From positions 164,394-228,393 of the forward strand of contig CAMAQH010000002.1 of the NCBI GenBank assembly GCA_945860295.1: a DNA stretch of 64,000 bases, given 5' to 3'. Source of the stretch: Prosthecobacter debontii. Lineage in GTDB: Bacteria > Verrucomicrobiota > Verrucomicrobiia > Verrucomicrobiales > Verrucomicrobiaceae. Every line of letters begins with the position of its first letter. The stretch's first letter is position 1. Made by a program: the position numbers and the translations under genes. This document shows, piece by piece, positions 45,507-54,554 of the stretch. Below the pieces are notes generated by a model. That model was not told the DNA's origin. It saw nothing but the letters and a program-made list of their open reading frames with translations, and did not search any database.

Positions 45507-47204
45507 GTGACTCTTTCGACACCTAATGCTCAGCCGCAGCCAGCACCAGAGCTGCGGCCACCCCGACTCGGCAGGGCATCGAAGATCCTGATGGCCCTCT
45601 TTGGCATCACCCTGGGTGCTTTTTATCTCTATCCCCAAGCCCTGGAGGCGCTGCACACCTACCGTGGAAGACATCTGCTCAACGAGGCAAGGCGGCATAT
45701 CGAAACTCAGCGGTGGCAACAGGCGGGGGAGGCGCTGTCTGTGGCCATGCCGCTCATGCCTGATCACCCTGAGGCGCTGCAAGTGTTAGTGGATTTTTTA
45801 GAGGCCACGAAAGGCAATCCACTGCGGCTCAGAGACGCTCTAATTAGACTCAAGGAGCAGGGGAAAGCGCGGCCGAATGATGCCGTCCGGCTTGCCCGCA
45901 CCCTACTGGATGCAGGCGAACTGCAAGGCGCGCACACAGCCTTTGGTGAACTGTCTCCGGCCCAGCGCAGCAGTGCCGCTGGGCAGCAATTTGAGAAAGA
46001 TCTGCATGTCCTCGAAGTCCGCGGCGACCCTGCCGACTACGCGCTCACGCCAGAGGTGAAAAGCGCGATCGGCGATAGCAACTCCAACTTTCCCGAACTC
46101 CAAAAATCTGCCCTGGAGCGGCTCTGGGAGCTAACCCGGCGGAACGATGCCAGCTCTCTACAGGCCATCGATCACCTATCCAACTTAGTGACCCTCACAG
46201 CGCCAGAAATAGAGGCATTAGTCACCCGTATCGAAGCCCATCCGCGCCTCAATATTTCCAATCGCCTCGGTGTTTATTCCGGCCTGCTGCGTGTCGAGCC
46301 ACTGCGGCGGCCAGCGATCCTCGAATCCCTGATGATGGACTACCGAAACGCCAGCCCTGAGGACCTCAGAGTCTTCCTCCAATGGCTGGCCTTTGAGGGG
46401 GAACCCAGCCTGCTTCGAAGTCTAGTGACCACCAGCAGCCTGTATCAAGACGCGAGCGTCTTCACCCCTTACGCCCAGTCATTATCCATCAGCAAACGCT
46501 GGCGGGATCTGATCACACTGCTGGAAGACACCACCCAACCATTACCCGTCTCAGCAGAGCGCACCGCCATCTGGCTAGCAGAGGCCTGGAGCAATCTAGA
46601 ACCCGACATGCAGAAAGCCGCGGTCCAGCTCAAGCGCAGCATCAACTTTGCCATGAAGTCAGGAAACCAAGAAGCCCTGCTGATCGCAGCTAAGGAGGCT
46701 CAAAAGTACGGACTTTGGGAAATCGCCATTCGCGGACACACCGCACTCGCCGACAGCAATCCCAAGATTTCCATTCCCCTGCTAGAGATGGGACTGGAAG
46801 CCGCGACTCAAAAAGGTGATACCGAAGATATCTACCGTCTCACTCGCCGCCTCTGTGATCTTCAACCAAAGAACTACGAATGCAGCGCCCGCCTCTGTTA
46901 CCTCCGCTTGCTCATCGGCGATGAAATCGAAACCGTCAAAGTGCCCGACGTCAGTCGCGTGAAACCTGCGGTCAGGTCTCTGCTCCTAGCCCTCTCGGCC
47001 TATCTGATTCGTGATCACACGCTCTTGAAAAGCCATTTAACAGCCATCGATAGCATGGAGGATTTCTCCCCTGGTCAGAAGGCCGTTTATGCCGGAATGC
47101 TGGCAACCTGTGGTGATCTATCAAAGGCTTTTCTGATTGCCGAACGCATCCCCAAAGCAGTGCTGCTCAAGGAGGAAGCAAAACTTCTAAAAGCCGCGCT
47201 CTGA
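45507..47204 (+). CDS. TPR-like helical-repeat membrane-anchored protein
   Basis: N-terminal TM followed by A/L-rich helical repeats (WQQAGEALSVA..PDHPEAL). Start uncertain. Confidence 0.65.
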   Translation: MTLSTPNAQPQPAPELRPPRLGRASKILMALFGITLGAFYLYPQALEALHTYRGRHLLNEARRHIETQRWQQAGEALSVAMPLMPDHPEALQVLVDFLEATKGNPLRLRDALIRLKEQGKARPNDAVRLARTLLDAGELQGAHTAFGELSPAQRSSAAGQQFEKDLHVLEVRGDPADYALTPEVKSAIGDSNSNFPELQKSALERLWELTRRNDASSLQAIDHLSNLVTLTAPEIEALVTRIEAHPRLNISNRLGVYSGLLRVEPLRRPAILESLMMDYRNASPEDLRVFLQWLAFEGEPSLLRSLVTTSSLYQDASVFTPYAQSLSISKRWRDLITLLEDTTQPLPVSAERTAIWLAEAWSNLEPDMQKAAVQLKRSINFAMKSGNQEALLIAAKEAQKYGLWEIAIRGHTALADSNPKISIPLLEMGLEAATQKGDTEDIYRLTRRLCDLQPKNYECSARLCYLRLLIGDEIETVKVPDVSRVKPAVRSLLLALSAYLIRDHTLLKSHLTAIDSMEDFSPGQKAVYAGMLATCGDLSKAFLIAERIPKAVLLKEEAKLLKAAL

Positions 47205-47562
47205 AGCCTGCCTGTTTTCGCACAGTCGTTGCAGCGAAGCAGCTGATCTTTTGGCCACTCTGGAACTGCCATCACCCATGGCTTAAAAAGCATTGAGTTG
47301 AGTCTTGCGTGCACGCTTAGTCGTCAGGCAAACGCGCTTTGGCCGCATGAAGACGCGTTCGGTAAAACGAGGGGAGCGGGTGTTGTCGGCTCAGAACACC
47401 GGAGCTTGGAGTAAACACTAAGAACTCTCGTGTGCTCGGGGCCCTAGATGCCCGATTTTGGGGAATCAGGATATGCCATAGCAACCAAAAACAGCGTTGC
47501 TAATCTGCGTTGAACAATTCTCTGGCGTTCATGCGTTCTTTTGCGGCATTCTTATTCTAACC

Positions 47563-48162
47563 ATGAAACATCTCGCCTTAGCCTCTCTCCTTTTTATCGC
47601 CACCCTTCATGCCGAAGACTGGCAGCCTGAAGCGGGCTTCAAAAGCCTCTTCAATGGCAAAGACCTCACCGGCTGGTGCTTCCGCGCCAAGACCAAGAAA
47701 GAAGACACCAAGGCGGGTGAGATCCTCACCAAGTTCGACGGTAAAACGGCATCAAACGACAGCTACTACAGCGCCAAAGACGGCACGCTCACGGTGAGCT
47801 TTCCCACAGAAATGGATAAGCTCACTGGGCAGCTTTACACGCTCGAGGAGTTCCCGAAGAACTTCATTTTGAAGATCGAATTCCGCGCTGCGGTGAATGC
47901 TGATAGCGGCATCTTTATCCGCAAGCCGCAGCTTCAATGCCGCGACTACCTCGTCGCCGGTCCCTACAAAGAACTGAAGCAGTACAAGGCTCAGGATTGG
48001 AATCAGATCGTAGTCACCGTGAAGGACGGTATCGCCCACTGCACCTGCAATGGCGAGGTGCTGGAAGACGCGCTGAAGCTGCCTGAAAGTGGCCCCATCG
48101 GCCTGGAAGGTGATCGCGGTGTGATGGAATACCGCCACATTCAGATCAAGGAACTGCCTTGA
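47563..48162 (+). CDS. DUF1080 (3-keto-disaccharide hydrolase family) protein
   Basis: SLFNGKDLTGW, ADSGIF, WNQIVVTVK and GPIGLE motifs; signal peptide. Confidence 0.88.
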   Translation: MKHLALASLLFIATLHAEDWQPEAGFKSLFNGKDLTGWCFRAKTKKEDTKAGEILTKFDGKTASNDSYYSAKDGTLTVSFPTEMDKLTGQLYTLEEFPKNFILKIEFRAAVNADSGIFIRKPQLQCRDYLVAGPYKELKQYKAQDWNQIVVTVKDGIAHCTCNGEVLEDALKLPESGPIGLEGDRGVMEYRHIQIKELP

Positions 48163-49018
48163 TCACCCGCGCCACCCAATCGCGCAGCTTCTGCCGCTCG
48201 GGTAAATCCCGGAGCACCCAGGCGCTGCTATGATTGGGGAAAGGCATGGCAACAAAGGTCCAGTCACCTTTGATCTCAGTGCTCTTTAGCCACGTCTCGG
48301 TGGCAGCAGTGCTGGCTTCCTGACTGATCCATTGTGGGCGATTACCCAGACGCTTTAATCGCACAAGTGCAGAGGCTTTATCCGCACCTTCATAGGGCCA
48401 GCCAGTGCGCACGCCATCATAGTGACTGTGGCAGACAAAGCCGCACCACAGTTTCGCGATCTCATCATCATGCAGGCCGATGAAGTTGCAGCCAATGCTG
48501 CCGCGTGAAAAACCACACAGAATGACCTGCTGCGAATCACCGCCGAAGCGAGCACAGATGTCCCGCACGGTCGCCATTGTGTAGCGTTTTGACTCCGCCA
48601 CGTCGCCCCACCATTTGGGCGCGTTTGAGGTGAGGTCGTTCTTCATTTCTATGAACGGCAAGCTGGCCCAAATGAAACCTTTGCCTGCGCTGATGCCATA
48701 GCCCAAAGCACAGCTCTCGACGGAGCCATCGCAGGTGTCGCCGCGCGCATCGCTGTAGGGTCCATTGCCGGCATACTCGATCAGCACTGGATACTTCTGA
48801 CCCGACTTCCAATCCGCAGGCAAGTGCAGCAGGTGATGCACCTGTGTGGATTCCCACCCTGCGGTCGTCTGTGAGACACGCTGGCCTGCGCTCGGTGATT
48901 CCTGCGTCACCGCTGGCACCACCAGATCGGGCGGCCGACTGCGCCAGTCTGTGGTCTGTCCAAATGCGACAGAACAAACCAACGCCTGAATCAAGATGTG
49001 GGTGAGTTTTTTCATCAC
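48146..49018 (-). CDS. Secreted alpha/beta-hydrolase-like protein
   Basis: YPVLIEYAGNG, nucleophile elbow CGFSRGSIG and a late His (FPNHSS). Confidence 0.6.
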   Translation of the reverse strand: MMKKLTHILIQALVCSVAFGQTTDWRSRPPDLVVPAVTQESPSAGQRVSQTTAGWESTQVHHLLHLPADWKSGQKYPVLIEYAGNGPYSDARGDTCDGSVESCALGYGISAGKGFIWASLPFIEMKNDLTSNAPKWWGDVAESKRYTMATVRDICARFGGDSQQVILCGFSRGSIGCNFIGLHDDEIAKLWCGFVCHSHYDGVRTGWPYEGADKASALVRLKRLGNRPQWISQEASTAATETWLKSTEIKGDWTFVAMPFPNHSSAWVLRDLPERQKLRDWVARVIKAVP

Positions 49019-49048
49019 TTAACCTGCTCTCACCAAGCGAATCATCAC

Positions 49049-50338
49049 TCAAGGAACTGGCTGCGATTTTGAACCAATGCACCAAAGCATCTTCTCAGTG
49101 CGCACATAGAGGCGACCATCACCGATGGCCATGCTGGCATTGATCGGGCTATCAAGTTTGTTGGCGGAGAGTTGTTCAAACTTGGGTCCGGCTTTTAAAA
49201 TGATGAGGTCACCCTGCTGGCTGCCAGCAAAAAATTTGCCATCGCCAGCGGCGGGGCTGCTGAAGAACTTGCTGCTGCCAGCACTGCCATTGACCCGCTC
49301 TTCATAGAACTGTTTGCCGGTTTTGAAATCAACCACCTTCAAGATGCCGCCGTCACCAAGCAGATACATGAGGCCGTCCATGACGAGCGGTGATGGCACA
49401 TAAGGCAAACCTTTGCTGAATTCGAACTCAACTGGCTTTGGCTGGGCACCGCTGACATCGATCGCGGCAAATTCCTTCACACCACCGCCTGTGCCGAAGG
49501 TGCAGAAGTAGCGGTCACCCTGCAACACGCCGGAGCCGAGACTGCGCTGAGTGAAGCCCGGATTGTGCTGCCAGTTAAATTTCCCAGTCTGTGGATCGAT
49601 CCCCATCACGCCGCTGGCGGTGTCAGAGCAGATGACCTCTTTTTTTCCATCGGCACGCTCATGCACGACGGGTGTGGAAAAGGTGTTCAGGCAGTTCGGC
49701 AGCTCGTGTTTCCACGTCTGCTTGCCCGTCTTGGCATCGAGGCCGACGACACAACTTTTCCAGGCCTGCTGCACAGGATCTTCAGTATAGACTTTGCCAT
49801 CGCGCTGCCAGTCGAATTCGCTGCGGATAATCATGATGCCATCCACGACGATGGGCGAGATGCCTGTGCCGTGCTCGTGAATGTAGTCGGCCACATGCTC
49901 GTTTTTCCAAAGCTGCTTGCCGGTGTGATCGAGCGCCAGCGCCTGGATCGTGGTGCCGGTGCTCCAGTTGATGTAGATGCGCTCGGCATCGATAAAGGGC
50001 GAGCTGCTGGCGAAGCTATTAAAATTGTGTTTCTTGTGCTCGGTGAAGCTCTCCTCATGACGCCAGAGTTCCTTGCCCGACTTCGCATCCAGCATGATTA
50101 CCGCGCGCTTTCCGGGACCCGTCTCGGCGGTGACGATCACTTTGTCTTCCCACAGCACCGGTGAGGACCAGCCTTTGCCGAGATCGATCTTCCACACCGT
50201 CGTCTCTTCAGTGACCGCAGTCGGCAATCCCTTCGTGTCAGCCACACCCGTGCCGTTCGGTCCGCGAAAGCGGCTCCAGTCAGTCTTGGCGGATGCGGTA
50301 ATGGCAATGAGAAAGGCGAGGGCGGGGATGAGTTTCAT
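49049..50338 (-). CDS. PQQ-like beta-propeller repeat protein
   Basis: DWSRFRGPNGTG, GWSSPV and repeated LDAKTGK..W and SSP motifs. Confidence 0.88.
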   Translation of the reverse strand: MKLIPALAFLIAITASAKTDWSRFRGPNGTGVADTKGLPTAVTEETTVWKIDLGKGWSSPVLWEDKVIVTAETGPGKRAVIMLDAKSGKELWRHEESFTEHKKHNFNSFASSSPFIDAERIYINWSTGTTIQALALDHTGKQLWKNEHVADYIHEHGTGISPIVVDGIMIIRSEFDWQRDGKVYTEDPVQQAWKSCVVGLDAKTGKQTWKHELPNCLNTFSTPVVHERADGKKEVICSDTASGVMGIDPQTGKFNWQHNPGFTQRSLGSGVLQGDRYFCTFGTGGGVKEFAAIDVSGAQPKPVEFEFSKGLPYVPSPLVMDGLMYLLGDGGILKVVDFKTGKQFYEERVNGSAGSSKFFSSPAAGDGKFFAGSQQGDLIILKAGPKFEQLSANKLDSPINASMAIGDGRLYVRTEKMLWCIGSKSQPVP

Positions 50339-50420
50339 AGCGGGTCGATGATGGCAGTCGCCTGAATCGTTCGCGAGCGGGATTTTCTTGCCACTGATTG
50401 CAACCGAATGAAGCGATTGC

Positions 50421-50813
50421 ATGGTGCGAACTCTCATTTTGGAAACCGTCACCCCAAGTTCAGGCATCTACATCCCCAAGATCATTAGCCGTTCGCTGCG
50501 GCTGGGTGCTGGCTTAAGCTACGGCTTTGTCAGCGGTGCGCTGCTGGAGCCATCTGTAGCAGCCGCAAGCCAGCACTTACCGCGCAATGAACTGCCACTC
50601 ATTGATGGCTTTTTAGCCGCGCTCGGGATCATCAAAGAAGGCTATGATGGCATCCTCAGCGTGCCGCCAGAGCAGCACCCGAGGCCGTTGGAGATTGTTT
50701 TTGAAACCCCCGCTCTGGCCCAGATGCACCTGCAAGTAGCAGCCACCGTGACAGCCGTGAAGACGATGCTGGCGGAGTATCGCGAATTGCAGGCTTTTGC
50801 TGCAAACCTCTAG
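50421..50813 (+). CDS. Hypothetical protein (130 aa), possibly a gene fragment
   Basis: ORF fills an intergenic gap. No family recognised. Confidence 0.35.
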   Translation: MVRTLILETVTPSSGIYIPKIISRSLRLGAGLSYGFVSGALLEPSVAAASQHLPRNELPLIDGFLAALGIIKEGYDGILSVPPEQHPRPLEIVFETPALAQMHLQVAATVTAVKTMLAEYRELQAFAANL

Positions 50814-50827
50814 CCACTTCCTACGTT

Positions 50828-52237
50828 TTGCCACGCCTCATTTCCAAGCCATCGATCTCTGCTTGCCTCACCACCCTGCTACTACTGACAGCCCTGGTTG
50901 ATGCTCAGGATCAAAACATCTTTTACCGCGCGCCAAAAAGCTACAGCACGACGCGTGATCCTGATCCGCCAAAGTATGCACGTCATGCGCCCGACTCAGG
51001 CTGGGACGCGCTCAAAGACGCCGAATGGCTGGACATCGGTCTCGACTACCGTTTCCGCTATGAGTATCGTGATGATGACATTCGCCGTGCGCAGGCCGGA
51101 CTGGATGAGCCGGTGTTGCACCGCACACGCGCCTACCTAGGCATTCACGATGCACTCGACCCATTCCGCTTTGCGGTGGAGATGCAGGACTCACGCCGCT
51201 ACGACAGCCACTACGAGCGCGATAACCGGGACGTAAATGAGTTCGAAATCATCCGCCTATATGGCGAGCTGTATTTCGAGAGCGCCCTGGGTCGTGATGC
51301 GCAAGGAAATGCCCGCCCGCTGAGCCTGCGCTATGGCATTCACAACTTCGAGTTTCTGGACCGCCGTCTCATTGGCAACAACCAGTGGCGCAACACGGCG
51401 AACACTTTTCAAGGTTTCCACGGAACGCTGGGTCAGGAAAAAAATGACTGGCACATCGACCTGCTCGCCGTGCAGCCACTCAGCCGCTCGAAGTATGAAT
51501 GGGATCGACCGGTGGAGCAGCAGTGGATGTATGGTGTGATCGGTCACTGGCGCCGCTGGTCAGACATCGTCACGCTGGAGCCATTCTATCTGGCCTTGAA
51601 TCAATCGGCTCACGATGCTGTGGCTGAGCGGCTGGTGCATTCACCGGGTCTGCGAGGTTATGGCGTCATCGGCAGCACCGGATTCGATTACGACTTTGAT
51701 CTCATCTATCAGTTTGGTCGCAACGGAGCGCGCGACATGCGGGCCTATGGCGGCAACATCGAGGTCGGCTACAGCTTCGCTCATGAATGGAAGCCGCGAT
51801 TGAGTCTCTTCTATGGCTATGCCAGCGGAGATCAGAATCCGAACGACAACCAGGACAACCGATTCGAGCGCTTCTTTGGCTTTGGTCGGCCCTGGTCGGC
51901 CAATGATTACATCGTCTATGAAAACATCAGTGCGCCGAAGCTGCGGCTGGAACTGACGCCAACGAAGAAACTGCGCATGGATCTGGGCTACAGTTGGTAC
52001 TGGCTGGCGAGCGATCAGGACCGCCTCTCATCTGCCAACAATGCCAGGGACAAAACAGGCAAAAGTGGAGGATTCGTGGGCCATGAATTCGACATCCGGG
52101 CGCGCTACCAGATCAACTCCAAAGTCGAAGCTGTTCTAGGCTATGCGCACTTCATGCCCGGTGACTTCACCGCGAATGTCATCCGCCGTGGCGACACCGA
52201 CTTTGCCTATCTAGAAATCAGTGTGAATACCTTTTAA
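50828..52237 (+). CDS. Alginate export (AlgE-like) outer-membrane beta-barrel
   Basis: DYRFRYEYR, GFHGT, YGYASGD..P, GHEFDIRARY and terminal Phe. Confidence 0.8.
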   Translation: MPRLISKPSISACLTTLLLLTALVDAQDQNIFYRAPKSYSTTRDPDPPKYARHAPDSGWDALKDAEWLDIGLDYRFRYEYRDDDIRRAQAGLDEPVLHRTRAYLGIHDALDPFRFAVEMQDSRRYDSHYERDNRDVNEFEIIRLYGELYFESALGRDAQGNARPLSLRYGIHNFEFLDRRLIGNNQWRNTANTFQGFHGTLGQEKNDWHIDLLAVQPLSRSKYEWDRPVEQQWMYGVIGHWRRWSDIVTLEPFYLALNQSAHDAVAERLVHSPGLRGYGVIGSTGFDYDFDLIYQFGRNGARDMRAYGGNIEVGYSFAHEWKPRLSLFYGYASGDQNPNDNQDNRFERFFGFGRPWSANDYIVYENISAPKLRLELTPTKKLRMDLGYSWYWLASDQDRLSSANNARDKTGKSGGFVGHEFDIRARYQINSKVEAVLGYAHFMPGDFTANVIRRGDTDFAYLEISVNTF

Positions 52238-52284
52238 AATGAGGCTTGCATGATCGCCCATTCGACTGCGTTTCATGCCACTCT

Positions 52285-53649
52285 ATGCTTCGCCTCACCA
52301 CCCTTCTGTTTCTAGCGACCCTCTCCGCCGTCGCCTCTGATAAGCCCAATGTGCTCATCATCGTGGCAGATGATCTCGGCTACCAGGATGTCGGATTTCA
52401 GGGTTCCAAAGAAATCCCCACACCGCATCTCGACCGCCTCGCCGCCTCCGGTGTACGCTGCACGAATGGCTACGTCTCGCATCCCTTTTGCAGTCCCACG
52501 CGAGCGGGGATCATGACGGGGCGCTATCAGCATCGCTTCGGGCACGAGAACAATCCCGTGTGGCTTCCTGAAGACACGAAGCAAGGTCTGCCGCCGGATC
52601 AGATCACGCTGCCGCAGCTCATGCAGAAGGCGGGCTACGCGACTGGAGCCGTCGGCAAATGGCATCTCGGTGCGCATCCGCAGTTTCATCCCATGAATCG
52701 CGGCTTTGAAGAGTACTTCGGCGCACTCGGCGGCGGTCATATTTACTTTCCCGATCAAAAAGCGGGCGCTGAGTACACCATCCCGCTGAATCGCAATGGC
52801 ATGGATGAGCCGCAGAAGAAATATCTCACCGAGCAATTCGGTGATGAGGCCAGCGCATACATCCAGCGTCATGCCGGGCAGGAAAAACCATGGCTGCTCT
52901 ATCTGGCCTTCAACGCGCCGCACACGCCGCTGCAAGCCCCTGAGGCCTGGCTGGAAAAGCTGGCGCACATCACTGACAAAAATCGCCGCACTTACGCAGC
53001 CATGATCTGCGCGCTAGATGCCGCCGTGGGCCAGGTTCTCGATCAGCTCGACTCCACCAAGCAGCGCGAGAACACACTCATCTTCTTCATCAGTGACAAC
53101 GGCGGTCCGAATCTCAGCGGCAAAGGCGCAGGCAACTTCACCGACAACAGCCCGCTGCGTGGTGCCAAAGGAATGGTCTATGAAGGCGGAATGCGTGTGC
53201 CATTCCTCGTGAGCTGGCCCGCGAAACTCAGGCCCGGCACCTATGACCAGCCCGTGATCGCGCTCGACATCCTGCCCACCGCGATCGCTCTCGCCGGCGG
53301 TGAAGTGCCACAGGATCGCGTCATCGATGGCGTGAATCTCATCCCCTACCTCAGCGGTGAAAAGGCCGACGCACCCCATGAGCGCCTCTTCTGGCGCAGC
53401 CAGGGACCACTGGGCAATCACGCCGTGCGTCAGGGCAACTGGAAACTCGTCCACCTCCACGGCGACAAACCCGAGCTCTACGATCTCGGCAAAGACATCG
53501 GTGAAACCAAAAACCTCGTCACCGAGAAGCCGGAAATCGTCGCCCAACTCACCGCCGCCATCACCAAATGGGAAAAAGGCACCATCCCGCCTGTGTTCGA
53601 TGGACCGAAGCAAGGCAAAGCCCAGGGGAAGAAGAAGGCGAAGAAGTGA
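52285..53649 (+). CDS. Sulfatase (arylsulfatase B-like)
   Basis: NVLIIVADDLGYQD, CSPTRAGIMTG, GKWHLG, SDNGG and EGGMRVP motifs. Confidence 0.92.
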   Translation: MLRLTTLLFLATLSAVASDKPNVLIIVADDLGYQDVGFQGSKEIPTPHLDRLAASGVRCTNGYVSHPFCSPTRAGIMTGRYQHRFGHENNPVWLPEDTKQGLPPDQITLPQLMQKAGYATGAVGKWHLGAHPQFHPMNRGFEEYFGALGGGHIYFPDQKAGAEYTIPLNRNGMDEPQKKYLTEQFGDEASAYIQRHAGQEKPWLLYLAFNAPHTPLQAPEAWLEKLAHITDKNRRTYAAMICALDAAVGQVLDQLDSTKQRENTLIFFISDNGGPNLSGKGAGNFTDNSPLRGAKGMVYEGGMRVPFLVSWPAKLRPGTYDQPVIALDILPTAIALAGGEVPQDRVIDGVNLIPYLSGEKADAPHERLFWRSQGPLGNHAVRQGNWKLVHLHGDKPELYDLGKDIGETKNLVTEKPEIVAQLTAAITKWEKGTIPPVFDGPKQGKAQGKKKAKK

Positions 53650-53706
53650 GATCGCCGCCACACTTGCCATCCAGGCCTTTTCTGTGCATGGATGGCGTGC
53701 TATCAC

Positions 53707-53778
53707 GTCCTCGTAGTTCAACGGATAGAACAAGCGTTTCCTAAATGCTGGATACAGGTTCGATTCCTGTCGGGGACA
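53707..53778 (+). tRNA. tRNA-Arg (anticodon CCT), CCA not encoded
   Basis: Cloverleaf: acceptor GTCCTCG/CGGGGAC, D arm GTTC/GAAC, anticodon stem AGCGT/ATGCT with loop TTCCTAA, T arm ACAGG-TTCGATT-CCTGT. Confidence 0.95.
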
Positions 53779-53849
53779 CTTCAGCACAAAGGCTGAGTTT
53801 TTATCTGCCACTGGTTGCTAGCCTCAGTGCGAGCGCTTTAATGGATGGC

Positions 53850-54509
53850 ATGAACCGTGAAGTCACCGAGGCCCAAGTGCGCGCCGTCCTGCCATTGGAC
53901 GGAAGTTTTGCTGTGTTCTTGGGCAATGATGAAAAGACCTTTGTCATCTATGTAGATGAGTCGGTCGGCACGGCCATCTCCATGTTCATGCGAGGCGTGT
54001 CGAAAGAGCGACCACTAACGCATGATCTGCTGGCCACTTTGCTGCAGGCTTTCGGAGCCAAAGTGGATCGGGTAATCATCAATGAAGTGCATGGCAGCGT
54101 CTTCCATGCGCGCATGATCATCTCCGCTGAAAATGAACTGCACGCGCGCAAGGTGATCGAGCTGGATACACGCCCGAGTGATAGCATCGCGATGGCCGTT
54201 CAGCAGGGCGCGCCACTCTTTGTGTCAAAGCAGGTCTGGGACAGTGTCGATGACATGACGGAGACTCTGGCCGAGATCGAAAAGCGTGGCCTGGAGCAGG
54301 GTGATACTGTGACAGAGGACGATGACACGGATGTAAATGATGACGATCCCGATGAGATCGACCCAGATGATCTTGATCTCGATCTCGACGCCCTAGCAGG
54401 CCTCGACCTGGAAGAAGATGAAGATAAAAAAGACGAAGGTTACAGTGATGGCTACGGCGTCATCGATGACGATGATGATGAGGGTGAGGAGTGGAAAAAG
54501 AAGGGCTGA
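53850..54509 (+). CDS. Bifunctional nuclease family (DUF151/BFN) protein with acidic tail
   Basis: RPLTHDLL, VFHARM and LDTRPSDSIAMA motifs; D/E-rich C-terminus. Confidence 0.88.
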   Translation: MNREVTEAQVRAVLPLDGSFAVFLGNDEKTFVIYVDESVGTAISMFMRGVSKERPLTHDLLATLLQAFGAKVDRVIINEVHGSVFHARMIISAENELHARKVIELDTRPSDSIAMAVQQGAPLFVSKQVWDSVDDMTETLAEIEKRGLEQGDTVTEDDDTDVNDDDPDEIDPDDLDLDLDALAGLDLEEDEDKKDEGYSDGYGVIDDDDDEGEEWKKKG

Positions 54510-54554
54510 AGCCGCTCCAACCTGCGGTGCTTGCATTGGCCGCCCCTACTCGCG

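Noticed and set aside
53707-53778. tRNA-Arg as an integration site bounding an island
   Set aside because: I saw no duplicate of its 3' end and no integrase in the window (inspection by eye only).
53014-53811. 265-aa minus-strand ORF
   Set aside because: Antisense to a sulfatase and runs across the tRNA gene.
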